IMG/VR virus record: IMGVR_UViG_3300020471_000006
Coordinates: 64,001-128,000 of that record
Length of the DNA: 64,000 nucleotides
Reading direction: 5' to 3' (one strand)
Source: a virus
Taxonomy: Duplodnaviria; Caudoviricetes
The translations under genes and the position numbers were made by a program. Shown here piece by piece: positions 45,102-55,218 of the stretch (position 1 is the stretch's first letter; each line of letters opens with the position of its first letter). The notes under the pieces were generated by a model. That model was not told the origin of the DNA. It did not search any database and saw only the letters and a program-made list of their open reading frames with translations.

Positions 45102-46862
45102 ATGGCAGCTATTATTTCAGAAAAATTTAGGATCTTCAATGCGAAGCAATTCCTAGAGTCATTGAGCGAAGGTGCAAACGATGCAGATGCAGCTCGAACT
45201 AGAATGTATTTCTTCGTTGGAAGATCTGCAAAATGGGATGCTTACGTTGAAGTATTCAATGTAGACGGTACATTCGCAGCAGGTGAAACTGTTTCGGGTG
45301 GTGGATGGTCAGCAACAGTTGCTGAGGTTAATGAGAATAGTATTCTGGTTAACAACGTTCTTCCTACTGCTACAACTACACCGTCATTTGGAACTACCAT
45401 CACTGGTGGTACTTCAAGTGCTACTGCTAAGTCTGGAGTTTATAGGTATGCTACTGAAGAAGCACCTCCTGCTCCAATTGATAACTATTCCGAGAAACTA
45501 GCAATTTATAATGAACTGATTGCTGCCAAGCGTATTACAGGACCATTTGCACGTCTAGTTGTTCCACGTTATAACTGGAACCTTTCACTAAATCCAAAGT
45601 TTGACATGTACCGTCCATCATACGCACCTACTCCAGGTGGCGGTGGTGCAGTTGGTAAGTCATCTGCTACTGGTCAAACTAGTCTCTCTGATGGTAAGTT
45701 CTATGTAATGAACTCTTCCTACGAAGTCTTTAAGTGTCTTTATAATGGCGAGAATCCTGCTAATCCAACAGGACAGAACGCTACTTATGAGCCTAAGTCA
45801 CAACCTGCTAGTGGACAAGGTGCATTTGCTTCTGGTATCTACACAGAACCTTCTGGTACTGCTGGATATGTTTGGAAGCATATGTTTACCCTTCCTACAG
45901 CAGATGTTTTATCATTCCTATCAACAGACTTCATGCCTATTGTTGAGGCAACTGAAGCAAGTAGGGTGACTGTAATTGGACAGGCAGTTGATGGTGGTGT
46001 ACACGTACCAGTTGTTCAAGATGCTGGTGCTGCTCTTCCTGCTACTGCAACACTTTATACTCCTGTATATGGTGATGGGTCAGGTGCTATTGTTAAGTTC
46101 GCTACAGACGGTTCTGGAACCATCACTACTGCTGAAATGGAAGCTGTAGGTAGTGGATATACTTATGGATCAACAATTCTAGAAACTGGTAAGGTATTTA
46201 CTGATGCAGGTCTTACATCTGCTGCTAGTGCATTCACTGGAGTTGCTTCCATAGAGGTTGTTATTTCTCCAACAGGAGGACATGGTTCTGACGCAGAGAA
46301 TGAGTTATTCTCTAAGCGTGTCATGACAAATGTACGTTTGACATATGATGAGGGTAGTGGAGACTTCCCTGTTGATAATGACTTCCGTAGAATTGGAATT
46401 ATTCAAGATCCATATGATTTCGGAACAACTAATTTTGCTTCTGCTTCAACATTACGTGGTACAGCTGTACTAAAGGTTAATGGAGCAACAGCAGATTATA
46501 CTGTAGATGAAGATATCTTCCAGTCAGTTACTGGTGGAACAGCATATGGTAAAGTTGTTTCTTGGGATGGTACTACAGGAGTACTTAAGTATTATCAATC
46601 ACCAGAGTTACATAGTGACACTGGAGTTGTTAGAGCATTCGAATCGAATGCAGCAAATGCCGTTGTAGGTCAATCATCCACAGCTAGTGGAAATATAGAT
46701 ACTGGTGCTAATGGAACCGTGTCTGACATTGGATTTACAGGCGGTCTTGCATCTCCCGAAATCGCTGCAAACTCTGGCGAAATCGTATACATAGAGAACA
46801 GAAGACAAATTACTAGAGCTGCTGACCAAATTGAGGACATCAAACTAGTAATCGAATTCTAA
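45102..46862 (+). CDS. 8: Baseplate wedge subunit gp8
   Basis: MAAIISEKFRIFNAKQF...VVPRYNW...FYVMNSSYEVFKCLYN...YVWKHMF...GEIVYIENR...EDIKLVIEF. Confidence 0.9.
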   Translation: MAAIISEKFRIFNAKQFLESLSEGANDADAARTRMYFFVGRSAKWDAYVEVFNVDGTFAAGETVSGGGWSATVAEVNENSILVNNVLPTATTTPSFGTTITGGTSSATAKSGVYRYATEEAPPAPIDNYSEKLAIYNELIAAKRITGPFARLVVPRYNWNLSLNPKFDMYRPSYAPTPGGGGAVGKSSATGQTSLSDGKFYVMNSSYEVFKCLYNGENPANPTGQNATYEPKSQPASGQGAFASGIYTEPSGTAGYVWKHMFTLPTADVLSFLSTDFMPIVEATEASRVTVIGQAVDGGVHVPVVQDAGAALPATATLYTPVYGDGSGAIVKFATDGSGTITTAEMEAVGSGYTYGSTILETGKVFTDAGLTSAASAFTGVASIEVVISPTGGHGSDAENELFSKRVMTNVRLTYDEGSGDFPVDNDFRRIGIIQDPYDFGTTNFASASTLRGTAVLKVNGATADYTVDEDIFQSVTGGTAYGKVVSWDGTTGVLKYYQSPELHSDTGVVRAFESNAANAVVGQSSTASGNIDTGANGTVSDIGFTGGLASPEIAANSGEIVYIENRRQITRAADQIEDIKLVIEF

Positions 46863-46892
46863 TTTACCCACCGTTATTAGAGACTGGTTGCA

Positions 46893-49800
46893 ATGCCTCA
46901 AAAGACGAATCTTAATGTCGCACCATATTACGACGATTTTGACACTGACAAAAACTTTTACAAAGTACTCTTTCGCCCTGGATATTCTATCCAAGCGAGA
47001 GAGTTAACGCAGCTTCAGTCATTACTGCAAAATCAAATTGAGCAGTTCGGTAAGTATGCTTTTAAACAGGGTGAATTAGTCATTCCTGGTGAAATTGGTT
47101 TTAATAACAAATTACATTTTGTTAAACTATCTTCGGTATCTGAGATACCTACAAACCAAGATGGTCAGATAGTTTATAAGAAATATGATGTATCACAATT
47201 AATAAATCGTCAGGTTAAAGGATTAACTTCTGGAGTTATTGCAACTATCCTTCAATCTGCTACTGCAACAGAAACTGCTGCTGATGTATTATATGTTACA
47301 TATACTAACAGTGGTGATGCAGGTAATGAGGAAACATTCCGTCAAGGTGAGACCCTAGAGGTTGTAGACGGTGTTAATACACCACTTATGGTGGTTGGAA
47401 CCGATGGAAGCGTACTTCCTACTAGTATTTCTATTACTGATCCTGACACAGGTACATCGTCGTCATTAGAGAGTCCTGCAATGGGATATGCTTCTGCTGT
47501 TAAAGTAGAAGAAGGTATTTACTTTGTTAATGGTTATTTTGTAAGGAACGATGCACAGTTATTGGTCATCGACAAATATTATGATTCTCCATCTGCTAAA
47601 GTTGGATTTAAAATCAATGAGAGTATTGTAACTCCTGAAGAAGATGCAAGTCTATATGACAATTCAATAGGATCTTCAAATTATTCTGCGCCTGGAGCAC
47701 ATAGGTTAAGTATCAAGTTGAGTCTCGTTGTATACTCATTAGACGAGAAGACAGATAAGAATTTTATAAAACTACTCCAAATAAAGAATGGTGTAGTACA
47801 AACACAAGTAACACAAACTGATTATAACCTATTAGAACAGACTCTTGCACGTAGAACTTATGATGAGTCTGGTGATTATGTTGTTGACAACTTCTCTCTT
47901 GATGTAAGGGAGTATTATCAGAAGAATGGTAATCTTGGTATCTATGGAAAGGATGAAGAGGGTCTAGTAAATGGTTTATCTGAATCTGATGCTGGTAAGA
48001 AGTTAGTTGCTAGTGTTGGTCCAGGTAAGGCATATATTAAGGGTTATGAGATTGTCAATAAAGAGACCAAATATATTGACGTTGATAAAGCACGTGAAAC
48101 TCTAAACAGAGAAGATATACGTCTTAAAACTAAAGGTCTACCAACCTATAGAATTACTAATAACTACAGTTCGATACCAGTAAACTCAGAAGGATCTGAA
48201 CTTACATCATACCCTAATGTATATCTGTCTGCTGCATTTAATGACGGATCTATTGGTATGAATAATACTGAGATGGATACTGATCCTAAGCAGACTATTA
48301 ATAGGAGAGGTTCTTTCTTTGATATTAATCAAGGTATTAAGACTATCTACATTGAAGTTGATAATAACTATGCAACACGTGTAGCAGGTCTTACTGGTGC
48401 TAACTTTAGAACTACTGCTGATGGTATTCCAACTCTTTGGTATATTCAATCACGTGGAACTACTATTATAGCAAATAGTTTTGATGTTCTATCTTATTCT
48501 AAAGTTCCTAGAATAGAAGCAAACCCAGATGATACAGTTACATTCCTAGAGATAACTGTAACTGCACAGAAAGATCTTCTAGATGATTTCCTTATTGAAT
48601 ATGATGAGACTGATGCTAATAAGTACAGGTTTATCTACATCAATGAGAATGATGCTGAGACACCTGGTTCTGTTCCTTTTGGTAAGATTGTTGATTACAA
48701 CGACACAATTACTCCAGTCATAGGTATAGCAAAACCTAGTAACTATACTCTATTGGAGAGAGGTGCTGGATTCAATTCTGATACTGATATTGTTGTATCT
48801 AAAGGAAGACTATCAAATGGTGATGCAACATATAATAGTACATTTGGACTATCTTACTTTGATCCAAACTTCTTCACTAAGATACAATTAGATGATAAGA
48901 TTTCAATTGCTGGTAGTTTTAGTCCAGGACAATATGTTAGAGGTCTTACTAGTGGTGCTTATGGTGTCATAGAAGGAACATCTACAGGATCATATACTTC
49001 AAATAAAACCCTTATGGTTAAAGGTTTATTTGGTGTATTTAAGAGTGGTGAAGTTATTGCTGATGAAAGTGGTAACACATTGAGGATCGCTAAAGATAAT
49101 ACCATATCACATTTTGTTGTTAACAGTAGGGGAGCAAATCATTCACTTGATGCTACTATTAGAGTTGATGGTGTTGAGTATGATAACTCCAAAATAAAGG
49201 TTGATGTTAGTGGTGACCAGTTAGTATGGAGAGTTTCTATTGTTAATAGAGATGCTGCTTTAGTTGAATACTCACAACCACCATTAGTTGAAATTGTTGA
49301 TACTGGTGCTACCAGTCAAGCAGTTGTAACTCCAATATTGGTAAGGAATGCTGTTACAACATATACCCCACAGAATGTTAAGTCATTCTACTCTCAATTT
49401 GGATCTGGTAATAATAATACATTCACAGCAGATATTGAGATTAATAAAGAGAAGTATTCTGAGGTTGTTTCAGTAACTGATTTTACTTTCAGTGGAAACA
49501 AAGGAAGAAAGTATATTGAGTGTACAGGATTTGGTGGAGATGCAACAACATTTGTTATTCATGGAGATTTGGTTCAGTTTACAGATGATACTGGAAATCT
49601 TGTAAGAGGTGTTGTACAACAATCTACTAAACCTGCTGGTGTATATAAATCAAGGATCTACTTAGATAGATCATTACCTAATGGTGTTACTAATGCTAGT
49701 GTTGTTAGAGTAAGACCATCTATTGAGAACTTCAATCAAGGAACTTTACTTTATAAGACTGGTTCTAATCAGATAAGTTCTATTGTTGCATCTCCTGATG

Positions 49801-52800
49801 ATTCCAAGATTACCTACTATCTCAGAAGAGATTTTATATCTACTGGTTCTGGTGGTTCTGGTGCTATTACTTTTGCTGCTCAACTCCCATTTGGAACTCA
49901 AAGATTTGTATCATTTAGTGAAAGCAACTTCTTAATTACAATACTTGATCCAGGAGATGCTCCTGATGTTGCTGCTGGTGACATAGTTTATATTACTTCA
50001 GATCAAGTTGAGATAAAGGCATCTACTGATGCTGCTAGTGGTTTGACATCTGGTAGTGTTAAGTTGAATCTACCTGCAAACTATTTTGGATCTACATCAT
50101 ATACAACATATCCAACACTTAAGTTAACTGCTACTCTTGAAGTTACTAAAGCAAAACCAAGACTTAAGACAGCAAACTTAAACAAGAGAATCATTGTTGA
50201 AGCTCTTGGAGATAAAATTATACCTTTCAGAGGTAGAGACTATGATACAGAGTCTTTAGATGTATACAGTTATGCTGATGCATTTAACTTGAGGTATGTT
50301 TATGAAGGATCTACTTCAACACCTCCTGTAGTTGATAAAGCAGGTAACTTAGTTACTGGTACTGATGTTACTAATAGGTTTACATTTGACGATGGTCAAA
50401 GAGACACAATATATGATATCTCTAGACTTGTCATTAAACCAGGTTTTGAAGCACCAGTAGGTCAACTAGTAATTGCTTTTGATTACTTTGATCATACTTC
50501 TGGTGATTTCATTACTGTTGATTCATATTTACATGAAGCAGGTGTTGGTTCTGAAGAGATTCCATCATTTAACTCACCTGTACTTGGTAAGATATCACTT
50601 AAGGATGTTCTAGACTTTAGACCTAAAGTAGATAACAATGCAATCATAGGTGGATATCAGAATACATCATTGTTGTCTGCACCTAATGCTAGATCATTCA
50701 CTGGAACTGGTGGTATTGTTTCTAGTACTCCTGCTCCTGATGTTGGATTAGAATATACATTCTCATTTACACAGACACAATATCTTGATAGGATTGATGG
50801 ATTGTTCTTGAATAAGAAAGGTCAATTCATTATTAAACAAGGTAATTCATCACTTAATCCATCTAAACCAGATGTTATTAGTGATGCTATTGCATTATAT
50901 TATATGTACATCCCTGCTTTTACAGAGACAGGTAAGGATGTAAGGATTACTCCAGTCGATAACCGTCGTTACACAATGCGTGACATTGGTAAGTTGGAGA
51001 AACGTATCGAGAGACTAGAATATTACACAACGTTAAGCATTCTTGAGCAACAAGCACTGAATATGCAGATCACTGATTCTGCTGGTGTCAATCGCTTTAA
51101 GAGTGGTTTCATTGTGGACAATTTTGAGACTCATAGGATTGGATCCTTAAAGTCATTAGATTATAAGTGTTCTATTGATACACAACAATCTGTATTGCGT
51201 TCACAGGCAAAAGAAGATTCTATTGATCTAGTTGAAGTTAATACTAGAGATGATCAGAGATCTGTTTCTGGATATCAGAAGTCTAGTGATGTAGTTACTC
51301 TACCATATCACGAATTAGAATTACTAGGAAACAACTTTGCTACTAAGACAGTTAATCCTAACCCATTTGTTGTTCTTCAGTATGTTGGTGATTCCTTTAT
51401 TGGTCCTAATGTAGATTCTTGGTATGACAGTAGTGTTGAACCTTTGGTAACAGATAACAACACTAATCTATATTCTATTTTCCTTGCTAAGGAAAACTTA
51501 AAAGAAGCATTCTCAAGTCTTTATAATTCATATAAAGTTAATTGGTTAGGTGCTAACCAAGCATTCTATAATATTGGATCATTTGCTGAAGTTAACTCTA
51601 GTATTGCAGATTCTAATGTTGCTACTGCTAGTGTAGGTACATCTTCAAATATTAGTCCACAAAACAATGAAGTTGGTAAGGGACTAGTAACTAAGGGTGT
51701 AGGATCAAATGTTGTTGCTACATCATTATCATACTTTGCTAGAAGTATTCCTGTTAAATTTAAAATTAATAGACTAAAACCAAATACAAGGGTTTATGTC
51801 TTTATGGAAGGTAGAGATATTGCTAGATGGGTAAATCCTGACCTTAAGTATACTGGTATTGCTGGTAACTCATTATCAGCATTTAATGGTGCTATTACTA
51901 CAGATAATAATGGTAATGCTAGTGGTGTTATCCTTATTCCTGCTGGTAATCCACCTAGAGAGAATGCTGTATGGTCTGGTAGTGTTGATACTGTATCATA
52001 TGATACAGATGCTGATGAATTAAGGTTCAGCACAGGTGTTAAGACAATCAGATTTACATCTAGTTCAACTGATGCTGAAACAGAGTCTGTAGAGACATTC
52101 GCTGAAGTAAAATTCTATGCTACTGGTATAGTACCTGAGAATCCTTCTTCTATTATATCTACAAGACCTGCATTCTTTAAAGCAAATGAAGGTACACAGA
52201 TTGTAGGAAGCAATACACAGAATCCTATAAGACCAAATCCATTCGCTCAAACATTCTTGGTTGATGGGTTTGAAGGTGGTGTATTTGTAACAAGTCTAGA
52301 TCTATTCTTTAATAAGAAGAGTGATAATATTCCATTGAGAGTTTATCTAACTGATGTTGTTAGTGGAAAGCCAGGTAAGAACATTATTCCTGGTACTCAA
52401 AAGGTATTGACACCAGAGACATTCTTAAAAGTAGTCGCAAGTGATACACTTACGATCACTAAAGGTGAGAACGTAACTGGATCTAAATCAAATGCCTCTG
52501 GTCCTATCAGTAAGGTAATTGATAAGAATAATATTGAGATTGTTGCTAGTACAACAGGTTTATATACACTCACGAATGATCAGGTGTATACACTTGTCTT
52601 GGATAATAACAACGGTAAGAACTTTGTACAAGATGAACTATTAAACGTTACATCTATTACACAAAATAATAATGCTAACAATACAGAATTTACATTAACT
52701 ATTGCTAAGGATTCTGGTCGTGTAACTGAATTGAATGTTGTCAATACAGGTAGTGGATATGATTCTGCTATTATCACTATTGAAAGTCCACAACTTCCTG

Positions 52801-54998
52801 GTGGTGGTAATGCTACTGCTACAGTTAGAGTTTCACAGGGTCTTGTATATGATGCAGAGATGACACTTTCTGGTTCTGGTTATACTGAACCACCATCTAT
52901 TGTTCTTAGAGGAACAGGATCTGGTAATGCTGGTGCTGTAATCGAATCTCAAATTACTATTGATACACCAGCAGTTAGAATGGGTGTTGCTATTGATGTA
53001 GAAGGAGAAACACAATCTATAACTCCTACTAAGTTTGAATTTGATTTCCCTGTATATCTTGAGAACGATACTGAATATGCTCTTGCTATTGAGACAGACT
53101 CAGTTGATTATGAATTATGGTCTTCTCAATTAGGTGGAGTTGAAATTGCTACTAGTCAAATTGTTACAACTCAACCATCTTTGGGATCTCTATTCAGATC
53201 ACAGAACACAGGTGATTGGACTGAAGATATATTTGAAGATGTTAAGTTTGTATTGAATCGTGCAGAGTTTGATATTAGCAGAACTGCAAGTTTACTACTT
53301 TCCAATGCTGATCTAGGATTTGAACCACTTGATCATCATCCTATTGAAACTAATGCAGAAGCGAATACTACTGCTACATCAACACTATTCAAGAATAACA
53401 ATTATGTTGTTAAGGTTAATCATAGAGACAATGGTTTTGATGTTGATAAGTCATGGGTTTACTTCAAGAATGCAGTTGATGTTGGTGGTGTAACTGCTTC
53501 CTCACTAAACAGTAATCTTTATAAGGTTTCTAATACTGGTGTTGATTACTATAACATCACTGGAGCTAGTAGGGCATCTGGTAATTCCTTTGGTGGTGGT
53601 ACAAATGTACTAGCGACATACAATAGAAAGTTTGAAAAGGTATTTGCTTCTGTATCGAGTTTAACTTTCAGTCAAACTAAGATTGATAGTTTTGTTAAGA
53701 CTACAAATATTGCACCAATAGATGATAATGTTGGAACCTTTGTATCATACTCACAAACTGATTATGAGAAGACTTTCTTAAATGAAGACTTCTATTTCAT
53801 TAATCAGAAGATTGTTGCTTCTAAGATTAATGAAACTGCTAATGGTATTGACAATTCATTACTCTATAAACTTGATCTATCAAGTACTGTCACTCATCTT
53901 TCACCAGTTATTGATCTTTCAAGAGCATCTGTCAAGACTATTACTAATCGTATTGAATCTGCTACAGGTTCAGAGGATCGTTATGGTAGAAGGAATCAAA
54001 TTGTAACTTTCTTGCCTGTGTATTCATTCACTGCTTCTGGTCTACAAGGTGCTGAAATAATCAATGATAGTCAAACTATTGTTGGTGTTACATCTAAAGC
54101 AGAAGGAACTATTGTCAAGGTTGATGGTAGTACTGTGTTTGTTAAAATAACAACTGTTAATACATTTGTTGCTGGAGAAGTATTAACATTTAGTAGTGAT
54201 ACTTTTGCTGGTGATATTAAAGTTGGAACAGGTGGTCTTAATAAGTTTGAGTTTGATATACCAAATACTACTACACCTCCAACATATGTAACTGCAAGGA
54301 ACCCATCAGTTCCAGCTCAAACATATGACAATAAGATTTCTGGTAAGATAGTATTGTGGAATACTAAGTCTGGTGAATTAACTACTGTTAATGATAAGCA
54401 ACCAATTAATAATGATTATACTGGAAGACTTATTGATAGTAGTAGTTTTGATAGAAATGCTAATGTAGATGATCAGTTAAATGATATCTTTAGAGTTGGT
54501 GATTTGATTTCATATCCAAATCAACCAGTAGATGAAGCAAGTTTCATTGAAATCTCTCATGTATCATATTCTGATGGTATTGACTTTATTTCTGAGTTAC
54601 AGTCTAAGAATAGTTCTGGAATTTCTAAATATGTCACTAAAGAGATTTCTATTGAAAATCCAGCTACATCTATTGATGTAAAACTTACTGCTAATGTAAC
54701 TGATACTAAGAATTTACAGATACTTTATAAACTCAAGAAGTCTTCCTCACAGGAAAACTTTGAAGATATTGAATGGATTTATTTCAATACTTCAGGTGAA
54801 CCTGATGTTGATACTATTGCTTCTTCTGAAAATTCTATTAGTGGTATTACAGAGAAACAATCATCATATCAAGAACTATCTTACAGCATAGAAAATCTAC
54901 CTGAATTTTCTTCTTATGCAATTAAGATTGTTATGAAATCTAATAATCCTGCATTCGTTCCTAAGATTCAAGATATGAGGGCAGTAGCATCTTATTGA
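46893..54998 (+). CDS. Large virion structural protein with DUF4815-type N-terminus
   Basis: NLNVAPYYDDFD...YKVLFRPGYSIQARELTQLQS...APGAHRL...LARRTYDESGDY...NRFKSGFIVDNF; follows gp8. Confidence 0.85.
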   Translation: MPQKTNLNVAPYYDDFDTDKNFYKVLFRPGYSIQARELTQLQSLLQNQIEQFGKYAFKQGELVIPGEIGFNNKLHFVKLSSVSEIPTNQDGQIVYKKYDVSQLINRQVKGLTSGVIATILQSATATETAADVLYVTYTNSGDAGNEETFRQGETLEVVDGVNTPLMVVGTDGSVLPTSISITDPDTGTSSSLESPAMGYASAVKVEEGIYFVNGYFVRNDAQLLVIDKYYDSPSAKVGFKINESIVTPEEDASLYDNSIGSSNYSAPGAHRLSIKLSLVVYSLDEKTDKNFIKLLQIKNGVVQTQVTQTDYNLLEQTLARRTYDESGDYVVDNFSLDVREYYQKNGNLGIYGKDEEGLVNGLSESDAGKKLVASVGPGKAYIKGYEIVNKETKYIDVDKARETLNREDIRLKTKGLPTYRITNNYSSIPVNSEGSELTSYPNVYLSAAFNDGSIGMNNTEMDTDPKQTINRRGSFFDINQGIKTIYIEVDNNYATRVAGLTGANFRTTADGIPTLWYIQSRGTTIIANSFDVLSYSKVPRIEANPDDTVTFLEITVTAQKDLLDDFLIEYDETDANKYRFIYINENDAETPGSVPFGKIVDYNDTITPVIGIAKPSNYTLLERGAGFNSDTDIVVSKGRLSNGDATYNSTFGLSYFDPNFFTKIQLDDKISIAGSFSPGQYVRGLTSGAYGVIEGTSTGSYTSNKTLMVKGLFGVFKSGEVIADESGNTLRIAKDNTISHFVVNSRGANHSLDATIRVDGVEYDNSKIKVDVSGDQLVWRVSIVNRDAALVEYSQPPLVEIVDTGATSQAVVTPILVRNAVTTYTPQNVKSFYSQFGSGNNNTFTADIEINKEKYSEVVSVTDFTFSGNKGRKYIECTGFGGDATTFVIHGDLVQFTDDTGNLVRGVVQQSTKPAGVYKSRIYLDRSLPNGVTNASVVRVRPSIENFNQGTLLYKTGSNQISSIVASPDDSKITYYLRRDFISTGSGGSGAITFAAQLPFGTQRFVSFSESNFLITILDPGDAPDVAAGDIVYITSDQVEIKASTDAASGLTSGSVKLNLPANYFGSTSYTTYPTLKLTATLEVTKAKPRLKTANLNKRIIVEALGDKIIPFRGRDYDTESLDVYSYADAFNLRYVYEGSTSTPPVVDKAGNLVTGTDVTNRFTFDDGQRDTIYDISRLVIKPGFEAPVGQLVIAFDYFDHTSGDFITVDSYLHEAGVGSEEIPSFNSPVLGKISLKDVLDFRPKVDNNAIIGGYQNTSLLSAPNARSFTGTGGIVSSTPAPDVGLEYTFSFTQTQYLDRIDGLFLNKKGQFIIKQGNSSLNPSKPDVISDAIALYYMYIPAFTETGKDVRITPVDNRRYTMRDIGKLEKRIERLEYYTTLSILEQQALNMQITDSAGVNRFKSGFIVDNFETHRIGSLKSLDYKCSIDTQQSVLRSQAKEDSIDLVEVNTRDDQRSVSGYQKSSDVVTLPYHELELLGNNFATKTVNPNPFVVLQYVGDSFIGPNVDSWYDSSVEPLVTDNNTNLYSIFLAKENLKEAFSSLYNSYKVNWLGANQAFYNIGSFAEVNSSIADSNVATASVGTSSNISPQNNEVGKGLVTKGVGSNVVATSLSYFARSIPVKFKINRLKPNTRVYVFMEGRDIARWVNPDLKYTGIAGNSLSAFNGAITTDNNGNASGVILIPAGNPPRENAVWSGSVDTVSYDTDADELRFSTGVKTIRFTSSSTDAETESVETFAEVKFYATGIVPENPSSIISTRPAFFKANEGTQIVGSNTQNPIRPNPFAQTFLVDGFEGGVFVTSLDLFFNKKSDNIPLRVYLTDVVSGKPGKNIIPGTQKVLTPETFLKVVASDTLTITKGENVTGSKSNASGPISKVIDKNNIEIVASTTGLYTLTNDQVYTLVLDNNNGKNFVQDELLNVTSITQNNNANNTEFTLTIAKDSGRVTELNVVNTGSGYDSAIITIESPQLPGGGNATATVRVSQGLVYDAEMTLSGSGYTEPPSIVLRGTGSGNAGAVIESQITIDTPAVRMGVAIDVEGETQSITPTKFEFDFPVYLENDTEYALAIETDSVDYELWSSQLGGVEIATSQIVTTQPSLGSLFRSQNTGDWTEDIFEDVKFVLNRAEFDISRTASLLLSNADLGFEPLDHHPIETNAEANTTATSTLFKNNNYVVKVNHRDNGFDVDKSWVYFKNAVDVGGVTASSLNSNLYKVSNTGVDYYNITGASRASGNSFGGGTNVLATYNRKFEKVFASVSSLTFSQTKIDSFVKTTNIAPIDDNVGTFVSYSQTDYEKTFLNEDFYFINQKIVASKINETANGIDNSLLYKLDLSSTVTHLSPVIDLSRASVKTITNRIESATGSEDRYGRRNQIVTFLPVYSFTASGLQGAEIINDSQTIVGVTSKAEGTIVKVDGSTVFVKITTVNTFVAGEVLTFSSDTFAGDIKVGTGGLNKFEFDIPNTTTPPTYVTARNPSVPAQTYDNKISGKIVLWNTKSGELTTVNDKQPINNDYTGRLIDSSSFDRNANVDDQLNDIFRVGDLISYPNQPVDEASFIEISHVSYSDGIDFISELQSKNSSGISKYVTKEISIENPATSIDVKLTANVTDTKNLQILYKLKKSSSQENFEDIEWIYFNTSGEPDVDTIASSENSISGITEKQSSYQELSYSIENLPEFSSYAIKIVMKSNNPAFVPKIQDMRAVASY

Positions 54999-54999
54999 T

Positions 55000-55218
55000 A
55001 TGAATCATTTGAAAGTTGAGAATGAAGACCATCTATATCGTGATGTAAATACAGGTGCAATAATAAATACTGACAGGTCTTCCTTCGCCAAATATAAAGC
55101 ATCCAGAAACAAGTACCGTAATATGGAGCATGAATTGGACTATGTTAAAAGTGAACTACATGAACTCAAGACCCTCTTAAAACAATTGATAAAGTCCGAT
55201 GGCAGCCATAGTAGTTAA
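55000..55218 (+). CDS. Conserved small protein
   Basis: HLYRDVNTGAIINTD...coiled-coil C-terminus. Confidence 0.75.
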   Translation: MNHLKVENEDHLYRDVNTGAIINTDRSSFAKYKASRNKYRNMEHELDYVKSELHELKTLLKQLIKSDGSHSS